Below are positions 48,240 through 58,070 of a DNA stretch of 64,000 nt, one piece after another. Source of the DNA: an uncultured virus (IMG/VR IMGVR_UViG_3300027278_000424) (lineage: Duplodnaviria > Heunggongvirae > Uroviricota > Caudoviricetes); the IMG/VR virus record IMGVR_UViG_3300027278_000424. One strand, 5' to 3'. A program made the position numbers and the translations under genes. Below the pieces are notes generated by a model. That model saw nothing but the letters and a program-made list of their open reading frames with translations, ran no database searches and had not been told where the DNA came from. The first letter of the stretch is position 1. The number at the start of each line of letters is the position of its first letter.

Positions 48240-48542
48240 ATGAGTAGATATAGAGACATAGACAGCAGCGTAACAGAAGGAGGAACTAGGTACAGGAGTA
48301 ACCCTATATACCCTACAGTTCCACCTACAGAAGACGATATTTACATTATAACAACTATAGGAGATAGGTATGATACACTTGCTCTGCAGTTCTATAAAGA
48401 CTCATCTCTATGGTGGGTTATAGCATCAGCAAATAATCACCAAAGAGCTTCTTTAGCAGTTACACCGGGTGTTCAATTAAGAATACCAGCTGATAAGTCA
48501 AATGCAATTAAGTTATATAACGAGGTAAACTCAACAAGATAA
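48240..48542 (+). CDS. LysM-like baseplate wedge protein (gp53/gpX-like)
   Basis: GDRYDTLALQFYKDSSLWWVIASAN...GVQLRIP. Confidence 0.85.
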   Translation: MSRYRDIDSSVTEGGTRYRSNPIYPTVPPTEDDIYIITTIGDRYDTLALQFYKDSSLWWVIASANNHQRASLAVTPGVQLRIPADKSNAIKLYNEVNSTR

Positions 48543-48543
48543 A

Positions 48544-51252
48544 ATGTCATTAGGATATAAACCAAGTTCAATAGTAGGAGGCCCTCTAGATGATACTGTA
48601 ATCGATCAACTTTCAGTAAGAAAAGAGAAAGTATCTAAACAGGCTGGTAGGATAAATGAAGATATTCTATACCTGAATAGCAATACAGGTTGGGTAAAAA
48701 TGACTTCTTCTGTAGACGTATTAAGTGAAAATGGTGGATATTCAAATTTACCCTCTAAAAATAGAGTGCTACTAGGAGGAACTTTAGCCAATAATAGAAT
48801 ACAAGGAGGTATCTTTAATGATAAAGACAATGCTTATAGTAAATCGGATACATTAGGATACAGACCAATGGCCGGTATAACAGGCTTCCAAGTAGAAGCT
48901 AAAAATAACTTCGGTACACTAAGAATAGCCTCAGTAGATTTCAAAGTTAACTCTGTAGAAGAGTTAGATGAGTTAGAGCAGTTATTTTTAAGACCAGGAT
49001 TTTCAGTACTACTTGAATGGGGACATTCACTATATTATAATAATGCAGGAGTATTCCAAAATACTATTTTCCCTTTCCCGGATACGTTTTTTAATTCAAT
49101 GAAAGGTCAGGATATACATGATCAAATCACTAGAATAAAAGAATACAGTTCCGGTAACTATGACGGTATGTACGGTATTATAAAAAACTTTGTATGGTCA
49201 TTTAACTTAGATGGCGGTTATGATTGTAAAGTAGACATAGTATCAAAAGGAGAATTAATTGAATCACTTAGTATGATCATTTCTCCTTCATCAAATATAA
49301 ATTTAGATACTTCTTCTCCATATTTTAATGAAAGTTTAAATACAACACCGTTACATGCTTTTCTTAATACAGTTAAGTATGCGGAAACTAGAAAATACTT
49401 TACTGGCCCTGTAGAAGAAGAAGATCTTAGTACAAATTCTATAACAGATGCACTAGAAAAAAATGTACCTCAATTATACAAAACACTAAAAACACAAGTA
49501 GAAGAAGTAGGAAGGTCTTTCCATGTAATAAGAACACAGCTTGATGGTAATATAGTAAATAACTCCCAACAGTGGACAAGGTATATTACATTAAGCACTT
49601 TGATGCAACTTATAAACCAGATCTTTACTTTAAAAAATGAACACGGTGAAATAATTAAATTCCACTTTGGGTCTAAAGGAAATGAAACACCTACTTCCTT
49701 TTTAACATTTGACGCTCATTTTGGATTAGATCCTCTAATTTGCGTACTACCTAAAACTAGTTCTTCTCTTCTTGCTGAAACTAGAGCATTACATTATAAA
49801 GTATCAGAACAAGGAAAAATACCTTTTAGTGAAGAGGATTTACTAAATATATATGTAAATATAGATTATATTTTAGGATGTGCAGATCAAACAATCGCTG
49901 CAGAAGATGTAAAAGCAAAAAGTGTCTTTGATTTCTTAAATTCAGTTATAACTGGAATACAGGGTAATTTAGGTGACATAAACGAATTTCAACTACATTA
50001 CGAAGAATTTGAATCTACATACTATATTGTAGATAAAAAATTAACACCGGATGAAGGAGTATTAAAAGAATCTTTTGTAGACCTTATTGGATTAAATTCG
50101 ACATTAGAAAATTTAACTTTTGCATCTAAACTAAGCAGCTCAGTTACTACTATGATGGCAATAGCTGCTCAAGCAGGAAGTACTAATGTAGGAACAGATA
50201 TGCTAGCTATGCAAACTTGGCAGAGAGGTTTGGAAGACAGGCATAATAGACGGAAAAACGTAACTACTAATTCAACTTACGAAAAAGCTGAAATACCACA
50301 AGAAGATATTAAAAGGCTAGGTGAATTTGTTAAAAAATTAAATGGAGCAAATAAGTATTTTATAAAATACAATACTGAAGATATACAGGGATTAGGACCT
50401 ACTTTCCGTCTATTAATGGTAAGAATCTTAGAATATTATTCAAAAAAGCAGAAAACTAATCCTGCAGGCCTAATACCTTTTGAGCTTTCTTTTACAATGA
50501 AAGGAATCGGAGGTATGAAAATTGGACAAGCATTCAGAATAGACGATACAATAATACCAAAAAGATATAGAGGTAGTATTGGATTTATGATTACCGGAGT
50601 ATCACATTCAATTAAAAGCAGTAGATGGGTAACCGATATTAAAGCTCAAATGATAATCATAAAGAAACTTGACGAAGAAATACCCACATATGATATACAG
50701 AAACCATTAGAACAGGTAGATGACTTTGTATCAGAAGTAGCTGCAATTTCAGCAGGAAAAGGATTTAGAAAGCCTATAGCTGATTTAAAAGTTTCAAACA
50801 GAGGTTTACAAGAAATTAAAAAACACGAAGATCTCAGATTAAATGCATATGTAGATCCAGGCAGCGGATTCAACCCTATTACAATTGGGTATGGAACAAC
50901 AAGAATAAAAGGAAAACCCGTCCAGCTTGGAACCACCATTACAGAAGGACAAGCAGAAGAATATTTTAAAGCAGATATAGCAGAATTTGAAAATCACGTT
51001 AAGAGGTATATAAGAGTAGATGTAACTCAAGAGGAATTTGACGCTTTAGTTTCGTTCACCTACAACTTAGGGCCAGGAAATCTAGCAAACAGTACCTTAC
51101 GTAAGAAGATAAACAGTAAAGATTATGTAGCAGCAGCAGATCAATTCTTAGTTTGGAATAAAGCTGCAGGTAAAGTTCTACCCGGTCTTACAAAAAGAAG
51201 AGCTGCTGAAAAACAAATGTTCTTAACTAACTCACCAGGAAACCCAGCATAA
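48544..51252 (+). CDS. Baseplate hub protein fused to a C-terminal GH24 lysozyme
   Basis: C-terminal IKKHEDLRLNAYVD...TIGYG, FDALVSFTYNLG, WNKAAGKVLPGL.KRRAAE; hub-like FMITGVSHSI....W.T before it. Confidence 0.85.
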   Translation: MSLGYKPSSIVGGPLDDTVIDQLSVRKEKVSKQAGRINEDILYLNSNTGWVKMTSSVDVLSENGGYSNLPSKNRVLLGGTLANNRIQGGIFNDKDNAYSKSDTLGYRPMAGITGFQVEAKNNFGTLRIASVDFKVNSVEELDELEQLFLRPGFSVLLEWGHSLYYNNAGVFQNTIFPFPDTFFNSMKGQDIHDQITRIKEYSSGNYDGMYGIIKNFVWSFNLDGGYDCKVDIVSKGELIESLSMIISPSSNINLDTSSPYFNESLNTTPLHAFLNTVKYAETRKYFTGPVEEEDLSTNSITDALEKNVPQLYKTLKTQVEEVGRSFHVIRTQLDGNIVNNSQQWTRYITLSTLMQLINQIFTLKNEHGEIIKFHFGSKGNETPTSFLTFDAHFGLDPLICVLPKTSSSLLAETRALHYKVSEQGKIPFSEEDLLNIYVNIDYILGCADQTIAAEDVKAKSVFDFLNSVITGIQGNLGDINEFQLHYEEFESTYYIVDKKLTPDEGVLKESFVDLIGLNSTLENLTFASKLSSSVTTMMAIAAQAGSTNVGTDMLAMQTWQRGLEDRHNRRKNVTTNSTYEKAEIPQEDIKRLGEFVKKLNGANKYFIKYNTEDIQGLGPTFRLLMVRILEYYSKKQKTNPAGLIPFELSFTMKGIGGMKIGQAFRIDDTIIPKRYRGSIGFMITGVSHSIKSSRWVTDIKAQMIIIKKLDEEIPTYDIQKPLEQVDDFVSEVAAISAGKGFRKPIADLKVSNRGLQEIKKHEDLRLNAYVDPGSGFNPITIGYGTTRIKGKPVQLGTTITEGQAEEYFKADIAEFENHVKRYIRVDVTQEEFDALVSFTYNLGPGNLANSTLRKKINSKDYVAAADQFLVWNKAAGKVLPGLTKRRAAEKQMFLTNSPGNPA

Positions 51253-51764
51253 TGTACCTACCTAAGTCAAAATATAAAGCCGCTAAATACACCCGAGGAG
51301 AAGAATTTACATTACCTTCCGGTAGACCTTATACCGGATGGTATTTTGAGACATATAAACAGGAATTCTATACAGGTGAATCACCAGGTACAGATAACAA
51401 ACTACTTACACAGTTAAGTAATGGCAGCGTAGAAGAGAATACACTCCGGTTTATTCCACAAAGAGTAGATGAATCAACATTAGATAGAACTAAACCTACC
51501 TTCAAAAGATACTATATTCAAGATACTAGGAATAAACGTATAATAGAAGTTTTAAAAGAGACGTATTATAAATTTACTTCTAAAACCTATATTAAAGGAG
51601 TTGAAGTAGAATGGAGAATTAAAGGTCCAGCTGAAACAGCATTTAAAGGTAAATACCTATATGAAGGAGCTGAATCTAAAAATAAAAAAACCATAGAAGG
51701 ATTCGATAATCTACTTCCAGGATTAAAAGACTATATTAAAGACTACAAAGAGTTTGTAGAATAG
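51252..51764 (+). CDS. Hypothetical (baseplate-associated) protein
   Basis: MYLPKS..YT.GEEF....YTGWY; coupled to the hub gene. Confidence 0.6.
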   Translation: MYLPKSKYKAAKYTRGEEFTLPSGRPYTGWYFETYKQEFYTGESPGTDNKLLTQLSNGSVEENTLRFIPQRVDESTLDRTKPTFKRYYIQDTRNKRIIEVLKETYYKFTSKTYIKGVEVEWRIKGPAETAFKGKYLYEGAESKNKKTIEGFDNLLPGLKDYIKDYKEFVE

Positions 51765-51783
51765 AAAATTCTTCTTATATTAT
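51753..51783 (+). promoter_or_regulatory. Bacteroidota sigmaA-like promoter starting the replication module
   Basis: TTTG-N19-TATATTAT. Confidence 0.55.
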
Positions 51784-51802
51784 ATAAAAGGTTATTTTAA
51801 AA

Positions 51803-53128
51803 ATGTTTTATATAGTTGAAGAAGAATCTAAATTAGTCCATTTAGAGGGTTTAGTAAAATTAGGTTGTTATGTGGATGTAGTATCTTCAAATGACTTATA
51901 CCATCCTAAACTTACCTCTACAATTGCCGTATATATCCGAATAGTAGGTAGTGAACAAGGATTCATTATTCCTATAAATCATGACGAAGGTATAAACGTA
52001 CCAAAAGAACGTGTCTACAGACTTCTTTCACAAGCTTCAACACTCTACACATTAGACAAGAAAAACCTACTCTACCACTTTAATCTACAAGGTGCCATAG
52101 ATCTATCGTTACTATACTCAATGGTAAAGTTTGATAGACTAGAGTATACAAAAGAGAACAGTACTTTAAATTACTTCTACAACAAATTTAAAGACTTTGA
52201 AAACATAAACCAGTTAATTCCTATATCTAAATTACATGAATCATGTGAGAAAATATTTGGACAAGTAGGTCATGTACTGGAATACACCATACCAAAAGGT
52301 TTTGAATTTTATAATACGACAGCTACTAATGTATTCTTCTTATTAGAGCAGCAAGGTTTAGGAATATACTATGAAAACTTTGTAAGGTTATTTACTCCCC
52401 GAGATCCTAAATATAATATTCAAGATAATATAGTTCTAACCCAATACAACCTGTACAATGCGACATCTAGACCTACTAATGCTTTTAATTCTGTTAATTT
52501 CGCTGCTATACCTAAAGATCCAGAGCACAGAGCTTGCTTCCACCCGACCGGTGATTTCTTTGTTGAATTCGATTTTGATGGCTACCACCTTCGTTTACTT
52601 AGCGATCAGATTGATTACCCTTTAACAGATGAATCAGCACACAAACAGCTTGCTAAACACTACTTTGGTACAGAAGATATTACTGAAGAACAGTATTTAG
52701 AGGCAAAACAGATTAACTTTCAGGCAATTTATGGAAAAATACCTGAACAGCACCGTAATTTAGAGATATTTCAAAAAATACAACAGTATATTGACGATAT
52801 GTGGAACTTCTACAACGATAATGGAGTAGTCTACAATCCTATCTCGGATAAACCCTTCACCAAAGAGTTAAAAGAGATGCATCCAGCGAAATTAATGAAC
52901 TATATGATGCAATCGTTGGAGACCGCAAGAAATATACTTATCTTAAAAGATGTACTAAGGTACTTAAAAGACAAAAAAACCAAAATTGTCTTATATACCT
53001 ATGATGCTATACTATTTGACTTCTATAAAGAGGATGGGAAAGAAACATTAGAAGAAGTACAGAGAATAATGGAATCCGAGAAGAAATACCCGGTAAAATT
53101 TAAATTTAGTAAAGATCTTGTTTTATAA
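51803..53128 (+). CDS. Compact family A DNA polymerase-like protein
   Basis: TSRPTN..NSVNFAAIPK; motif A EFDFDGYHLRL; motif B AKQINFQAIYG; NYMMQS; motif C LYTYDAILFD. Confidence 0.8.
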   Translation: MFYIVEEESKLVHLEGLVKLGCYVDVVSSNDLYHPKLTSTIAVYIRIVGSEQGFIIPINHDEGINVPKERVYRLLSQASTLYTLDKKNLLYHFNLQGAIDLSLLYSMVKFDRLEYTKENSTLNYFYNKFKDFENINQLIPISKLHESCEKIFGQVGHVLEYTIPKGFEFYNTTATNVFFLLEQQGLGIYYENFVRLFTPRDPKYNIQDNIVLTQYNLYNATSRPTNAFNSVNFAAIPKDPEHRACFHPTGDFFVEFDFDGYHLRLLSDQIDYPLTDESAHKQLAKHYFGTEDITEEQYLEAKQINFQAIYGKIPEQHRNLEIFQKIQQYIDDMWNFYNDNGVVYNPISDKPFTKELKEMHPAKLMNYMMQSLETARNILILKDVLRYLKDKKTKIVLYTYDAILFDFYKEDGKETLEEVQRIMESEKKYPVKFKFSKDLVL

Positions 53129-53147
53129 AACAGTTTAATATTTATAT

Positions 53148-53606
53148 ATGACACAAAATGTTGTAAGTCCACTGTTCGATTATGATATCGAGCCAATTTA
53201 TTTAAATGAAGATATGAGTAACAAACTGTTTTGTACGTTTGCCACTGAAGAAACTTTGGCAGGAGTACTTGATACAATACAGGAAAGATACAAGATTATT
53301 TACAGCAAAATATTTGTCCTATATTCAAAAAGCCAAGACGAATACATCTGTACATATAATGTTGATTTTGGAAACGTAGGAACGTTTTTAGACAATACCA
53401 TCCTGGTACATAGAAAAAAAGAATCGAATACCTTATATACGATTAACGCTTTGAATACCTTGATTAAGGAACTTAACGGAGGCGTACCTGACCCTAGCTA
53501 CAGAGTCAACTGGGCAGATTATAGAAACTGTATACTACTCACTAAAGGTCCAGAACTAAAAAGAATCAACACTAAATTATTTCAAATTATTGAATTAGAT
53601 AAATAA
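53148..53606 (+). CDS. Hypothetical protein (start may be the ATG at 53214)
   Basis: NKLFCTF, CTYNVD, NTILVHRKKESNTLYTINALN; lies in the replication module. Confidence 0.75.
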   Translation: MTQNVVSPLFDYDIEPIYLNEDMSNKLFCTFATEETLAGVLDTIQERYKIIYSKIFVLYSKSQDEYICTYNVDFGNVGTFLDNTILVHRKKESNTLYTINALNTLIKELNGGVPDPSYRVNWADYRNCILLTKGPELKRINTKLFQIIELDK

Positions 53607-53621
53607 GGTTTAATAAAGGTT

Positions 53622-54188
53622 ATGTTGGAGATCTCCTTAACAGGACATACAAAAGGAATTGGAAAAGCCCTATATGAGAGTTTATCTACCGCCTACTCAG
53701 TAAAAGGATACAGTAGGTCTAATAACTACGATATATCTACAGAAGACGGTAGGTTAGAGATTCTTAACGCAGCAAAAAATAGTAATGTATTTATTAATAA
53801 CGCATACTTTGAAAATGCACAAACTGAACTATTTACATTATTCTTTACTGAATGGATTTACGATGAAAACAAAACAATTGTAAATATTTCCAGTCAATCA
53901 AAGTACCCAGGTATGAGTAAAAACTGGTCCGGATACTCAGCATACAAGGCGTCACTTAACCATCAAGCTTACCTTTGCGGATTTAAGACAGACAGGAAAT
54001 GTAGAATTATTACTATAAATCCCGGGTTAGTTAAAACCAATATGACCCTCTCTACACAAAAAACCGGAAAAGGAATGCTAACCTCAATGGAAGTTGCATC
54101 AGCAGTAAAGTGGGCGATTGAGACTCCTCAACATATAGAAATTGGAGAACTCAGCCTCTGGTATAAATCTCCAGATCAATCAAGGTAG
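53622..54188 (+). CDS. Short-chain dehydrogenase/reductase
   Basis: TGHTKGIG, FINNA, VNISS, YSAYK (YxxxK), INPGLVKT. Confidence 0.9.
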   Translation: MLEISLTGHTKGIGKALYESLSTAYSVKGYSRSNNYDISTEDGRLEILNAAKNSNVFINNAYFENAQTELFTLFFTEWIYDENKTIVNISSQSKYPGMSKNWSGYSAYKASLNHQAYLCGFKTDRKCRIITINPGLVKTNMTLSTQKTGKGMLTSMEVASAVKWAIETPQHIEIGELSLWYKSPDQSR

Positions 54189-54189
54189 T

Positions 54190-55041
54190 ATGAAAGTTAA
54201 TAAATTTCAATTTAGGTGGGAAGAAGTTACTGCAGATAGTATTAATAATACACTACTCCCCGGGCTACGTAATTTAGAGATAAATCCGACTGAACTTTGT
54301 AACAGAACATGTAGTTTTTGTCCAAGAGTAAATGCAGAATTATATCCAAATTCTAACCTACATATGAAATTAGAAACAGCAAAACTACTTTCAGAACAAT
54401 TGCAAGCAGCTAAGTATACAGGAGAAGTAGGATTTGTAGGGTTTGGAGAACCGGTATTAGCAAAAAACATACTAGACCTTCTAGCAGAATTTACACCGTA
54501 TTTTTATACATACACCATGACTAACGGGGATGTATTCTTAAAGGGAAGACAAAAAGTTGAAGATTATATAAATATAGGAGTTCAACTACTGATTGTAAAC
54601 TGTTATGATAACAAAGAGCATTTAGAGAAACTTTCACACCACTTTAAACCTTACGGTAATCAAATTAAAATACAGATTAGGCATTTAGAAGATACAGGTG
54701 AGGTTACAATTTTTAAAGAATATGGATTAACCAATAGAGGAGGAATATTTAATAAAGTAGAACCCCAACAAAGAGGATGTTACATTCCATTTTATAAAGC
54801 AATTGTAGATTGGAATGGAGACGTATTACTATGTAGTAAAGATTGGCAAAGACAAGAAAAAAATTTAAACAATATCACAAATAAACCCTTTCCAGAATTA
54901 TGGACTAGTTCAAGATATAACCACATAAGAAAAACACTTTTAAAAGGGAATAGAATCGAAATACCTGCGTGTAAACATTGTGATGTAAATGGATTAAGAG
55001 TAGGGAAAGAAAGTGTTGAAGTTTTTAAAAATATACTTTAA
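54190..55041 (+). CDS. Radical SAM/SPASM(twitch) enzyme, canonical domain order
   Basis: CNRTCSFC, GFGEP, TNG, NRGG; C-terminal CYIPF..LCS..ACKHC. Confidence 0.88.
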   Translation: MKVNKFQFRWEEVTADSINNTLLPGLRNLEINPTELCNRTCSFCPRVNAELYPNSNLHMKLETAKLLSEQLQAAKYTGEVGFVGFGEPVLAKNILDLLAEFTPYFYTYTMTNGDVFLKGRQKVEDYINIGVQLLIVNCYDNKEHLEKLSHHFKPYGNQIKIQIRHLEDTGEVTIFKEYGLTNRGGIFNKVEPQQRGCYIPFYKAIVDWNGDVLLCSKDWQRQEKNLNNITNKPFPELWTSSRYNHIRKTLLKGNRIEIPACKHCDVNGLRVGKESVEVFKNIL

Positions 55042-55043
55042 AA

Positions 55044-55074
55044 GTTGGAAAACTAGAATTTAGTTCTTATATTG
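55044..55074 (+). promoter_or_regulatory. Bacteroidota sigmaA-like promoter upstream of the SSB gene
   Basis: GTTG-N20-TATATTG. Confidence 0.55.
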
Positions 55075-55106
55075 AATAAATAAGTTATAATTAAAATGTT
55101 ATTATT

Positions 55107-55925
55107 ATGGATTTGAGTGCAATTCAAGCAAAGCTAGATGCTTTGAGCTCTAATGGTCAAGAGAGAGAAAAAATTGACTATTCAACTATTTTTTGGAAAC
55201 CGCAATTAGGAGAACAGACAGTACGTTTAGTTCCTTCTACTTATGATCCTTCCATGCCGTTTACGGAAATGAAATTCCATTATGGAGTTGGAAAGTACCC
55301 GATGGTAGCTTTATCAAACTTTGGTAAGCAAGATCCAATCGAGGAGTTCGTAGCCGAACTAAAAAAGACTTCTGATAAAGACAACTGGTCATTAGCGGGT
55401 AAATTGAATCCTAAGACTAGAATCTTTGCTCCTGTAATTGTTAGAGGAGAAGAAGAAAAAGGAGTTAGATTATGGGGATTTGGTATTACTATCTATAAAG
55501 CCTTACTAGCTATTATTTCTGACGAAGATTACGGAGATATTACAGACCCGGTAAACGGTACAGACCTTACAGTTACTATGACTGCAGGTAATCCTTACCC
55601 AGAAACCTCATTAAGACCTAAACGTAACTCTTCAGGTTTAACAGAAGATAGTGCGTTATTGGATAAGTGGTTAAAAGAACAACCAGACCCTAAAGAAGTT
55701 CATAATGAATACGATTACGCTTTCATTAAGAAACAATTACAAGGTTATTTAGATCCCTCTTCTGTAGCTGAAGCAGCTCCTGCTGCCTCAACAAACTCAA
55801 ACATCGATACTTCTTTACCTGCAAGTTTAGGACAAGAGAAAGTACCTGCTGCGTTTACTACTGAAGCAGCAACTGTAGGAAAACAAGATACAGTTAGTAA
55901 ATTTGACGATCTATTTAACGAGTAA
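55107..55925 (+). CDS. Single-stranded DNA-binding protein (gp32-like)
   Basis: FWKP...VRLVP, DPI.E, YGDITDPVNGTDL, acidic tail FDDLFNE. Confidence 0.88.
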   Translation: MDLSAIQAKLDALSSNGQEREKIDYSTIFWKPQLGEQTVRLVPSTYDPSMPFTEMKFHYGVGKYPMVALSNFGKQDPIEEFVAELKKTSDKDNWSLAGKLNPKTRIFAPVIVRGEEEKGVRLWGFGITIYKALLAIISDEDYGDITDPVNGTDLTVTMTAGNPYPETSLRPKRNSSGLTEDSALLDKWLKEQPDPKEVHNEYDYAFIKKQLQGYLDPSSVAEAAPAASTNSNIDTSLPASLGQEKVPAAFTTEAATVGKQDTVSKFDDLFNE

Positions 55926-55930
55926 TATTT

Positions 55931-57001
55931 ATGGCTAAGAAGAAAGAAGTACAAGAGGCCGCATCTGCGGCAGTCAAGAAGAATTTTAACCTTGGCAATT
56001 TTAAGAAGAAGAAAGGTTTTTCTGAAGCCTCGGTTAAGTTCAAACAACAAGAATGGATACCTCTTTCTCAAGCATACCAAGATATCACCTCCCTCCCCGG
56101 TATTCCTACCGGACACATCACACTCCTTCGCGGACATAGTGATACGGGCAAAACAACTGCCCTACTAGAAGCTGCAGTCAATGCCCAGAAATTGGGCATA
56201 CTGCCAGTTTTTATCATATCGGAGATGAAATGGTCTTGGGACCATGCTAAAGAAATGGGACTACAGTTCGAAGAAGTTAAAGATGCTGATGGAACTGTAA
56301 CCGATTATGAAGGTCACTTCCTATATGCTGATAGGGGTACATTAAATACTATCGAAGAGGTAGCAGTCTATATGGCTGACTTAATGGACGAACAGTCTAA
56401 AGGTAACTTACCATTCGATATGTGTTTCTTCTGGGATTCAATTGGATCTATTCCTTGTGATTTATCAGTACGTTCTAATAAGAACAATAATGAATGGAAT
56501 GCAGGTGCGATGTCTACTCAATTTGGTAATAACTTGAATCAAAAGATTCTATTATCAAGAAAAGAGAACTCACCTTATACAAATACTCTAGTAGCTATTA
56601 ATAAGGTATGGACACAAAAGCCTGAACACCCTATGGGTCAGCCTAAACTACAGAATAAAGGAGGAATGTCTATGTGGTATGATGCTACATTAGTAGTTAC
56701 TTTTGGTAACATTACAAACCCTGGAACTTCTAAGATTAAAGCTGTAAAAGACGGCCTTCAAGTCGAGTTTGCCAAAAGAACTAACATCCAGATTGAAAAG
56801 AACCATATTGGAGGAGTTCAGTCTAGAGGTAAAGTTGTAATGACAGCACATGGATTCATCCCAGACGATAAAAAGGCTATTGATAAGTATAGAGATGCCC
56901 ACAAAGAACACTGGTTAAAATTAGTTGGAAGTATCGACTTCGATCTTATTGAAGAAGGAGATATGGAAGAGGAAAAAATAACTACCGGAATTCTTGATTA
57001 A
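55931..57001 (+). CDS. uvsX: RecA/UvsX-like recombinase
   Basis: GIPTGHITLLRGHSDTGKTT Walker A, WDSIGS Walker B, KGG, IEKNH. Confidence 0.85.
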   Translation: MAKKKEVQEAASAAVKKNFNLGNFKKKKGFSEASVKFKQQEWIPLSQAYQDITSLPGIPTGHITLLRGHSDTGKTTALLEAAVNAQKLGILPVFIISEMKWSWDHAKEMGLQFEEVKDADGTVTDYEGHFLYADRGTLNTIEEVAVYMADLMDEQSKGNLPFDMCFFWDSIGSIPCDLSVRSNKNNNEWNAGAMSTQFGNNLNQKILLSRKENSPYTNTLVAINKVWTQKPEHPMGQPKLQNKGGMSMWYDATLVVTFGNITNPGTSKIKAVKDGLQVEFAKRTNIQIEKNHIGGVQSRGKVVMTAHGFIPDDKKAIDKYRDAHKEHWLKLVGSIDFDLIEEGDMEEEKITTGILD

Positions 57002-58020
57002 TGGGGAACTATAGTAACATTTTAGATAATCTCAAACCCACCCCACCCCGAGAGCTGAATGACCATATCTTGGTCATAGATGCTATGAATATGTTAATTC
57101 GTAGCTTCTCACTGCTCAAAGCAATGAACCCATCAGGTCACCATGTAGGCGGCCTGGTAGGCTTCTTGCGATCACTGGGGTTTGTTACAAGAACTTTTGA
57201 CCCTTCAAGAGTTATAATTGTATGGGACGGTAAGGGAGGTTCAGCTAACAGAAAAAATATTGATCCGAATTATAAAGCACAGAGAGCTACTTCAAGAATA
57301 ACCCACTGGGGACTTTATGATACAAAAGCTGAAGAAACTGAAGCATTAATTGGACAGTTATTTAGAACTCAAGATTACTTGGAATGTCTACCAGTCCAGC
57401 AGCTTATGATGGAAAAATTGGAAGCTGATGATATTATAGCATATTTGGCTAAAACAGCTTCTAAGTCTAAAAAGAAACTAACAATAGTTTCATCAGATAA
57501 AGATTTTTTACAACTTGTAGACGAATATGTAGAAGTATACGCTCCAGTAAAAAAGAAAACGTTTACAAAAGGTAATATAGAAGAAGAACTTCAAGTTCTA
57601 CCGGAAAATTATAATATTGTAAAAGCGTTATTAGGAGATAATTCTGATAATTTAGCCGGAGTAAAAGGATTAGGAATTAAAACTATTCTATCTCAATTTC
57701 CAGACCTAGTTAATAAACCGGGTATGACTCTTGATTATGTTTATAACATATGTGAAGAGAAGATGAATGAGAAGAAGATCTTTCCTAAAATAATTACCGA
57801 ATGGGATAGAGTTGAAACCAACTTTAAACTAATGGACCTGCATATTACTGATCTTGATCAGAAAGAAATGGACCATGTTAAGGATGTACTTAAAGAGGAG
57901 GTCAATAAACTACAAACCGGAGCTTTCTTACATTTGCTTGATGAAGATAAGATTGAAGGTATTACAAAAAATACTGAAGGGTGGTTAGAAAACTTTAGAA
58001 GATTAACAGTAGTAAAGTAG
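57001..58020 (+). CDS. 5'-3' exonuclease/RNase H (PolI N-terminal/FEN type)
   Basis: IDAMN, WDG, YKAQR, EADD, SSDKD, GDNSDN, GVKGLG.KT. Confidence 0.92.
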   Translation: MGNYSNILDNLKPTPPRELNDHILVIDAMNMLIRSFSLLKAMNPSGHHVGGLVGFLRSLGFVTRTFDPSRVIIVWDGKGGSANRKNIDPNYKAQRATSRITHWGLYDTKAEETEALIGQLFRTQDYLECLPVQQLMMEKLEADDIIAYLAKTASKSKKKLTIVSSDKDFLQLVDEYVEVYAPVKKKTFTKGNIEEELQVLPENYNIVKALLGDNSDNLAGVKGLGIKTILSQFPDLVNKPGMTLDYVYNICEEKMNEKKIFPKIITEWDRVETNFKLMDLHITDLDQKEMDHVKDVLKEEVNKLQTGAFLHLLDEDKIEGITKNTEGWLENFRRLTVVK

Positions 58021-58048
58021 GAAAATAGAATTAAAAATCATATATTTA
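58017..58048 (+). promoter_or_regulatory. Possible sigmaA-like promoter upstream of the helicase gene
   Basis: GTAG-N20-TATATTTA. Confidence 0.4.
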
Positions 58049-58070
58049 AGTATAATAAAAAGGTTATTAG

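Noticed and set aside
6897..54190. Long upstream starts in the ORF track (6897, 35565, 54142)
   Set aside because: They overlap upstream genes; ATGs at 6963, 35604 and 54190, directly after the previous stops, are more plausible
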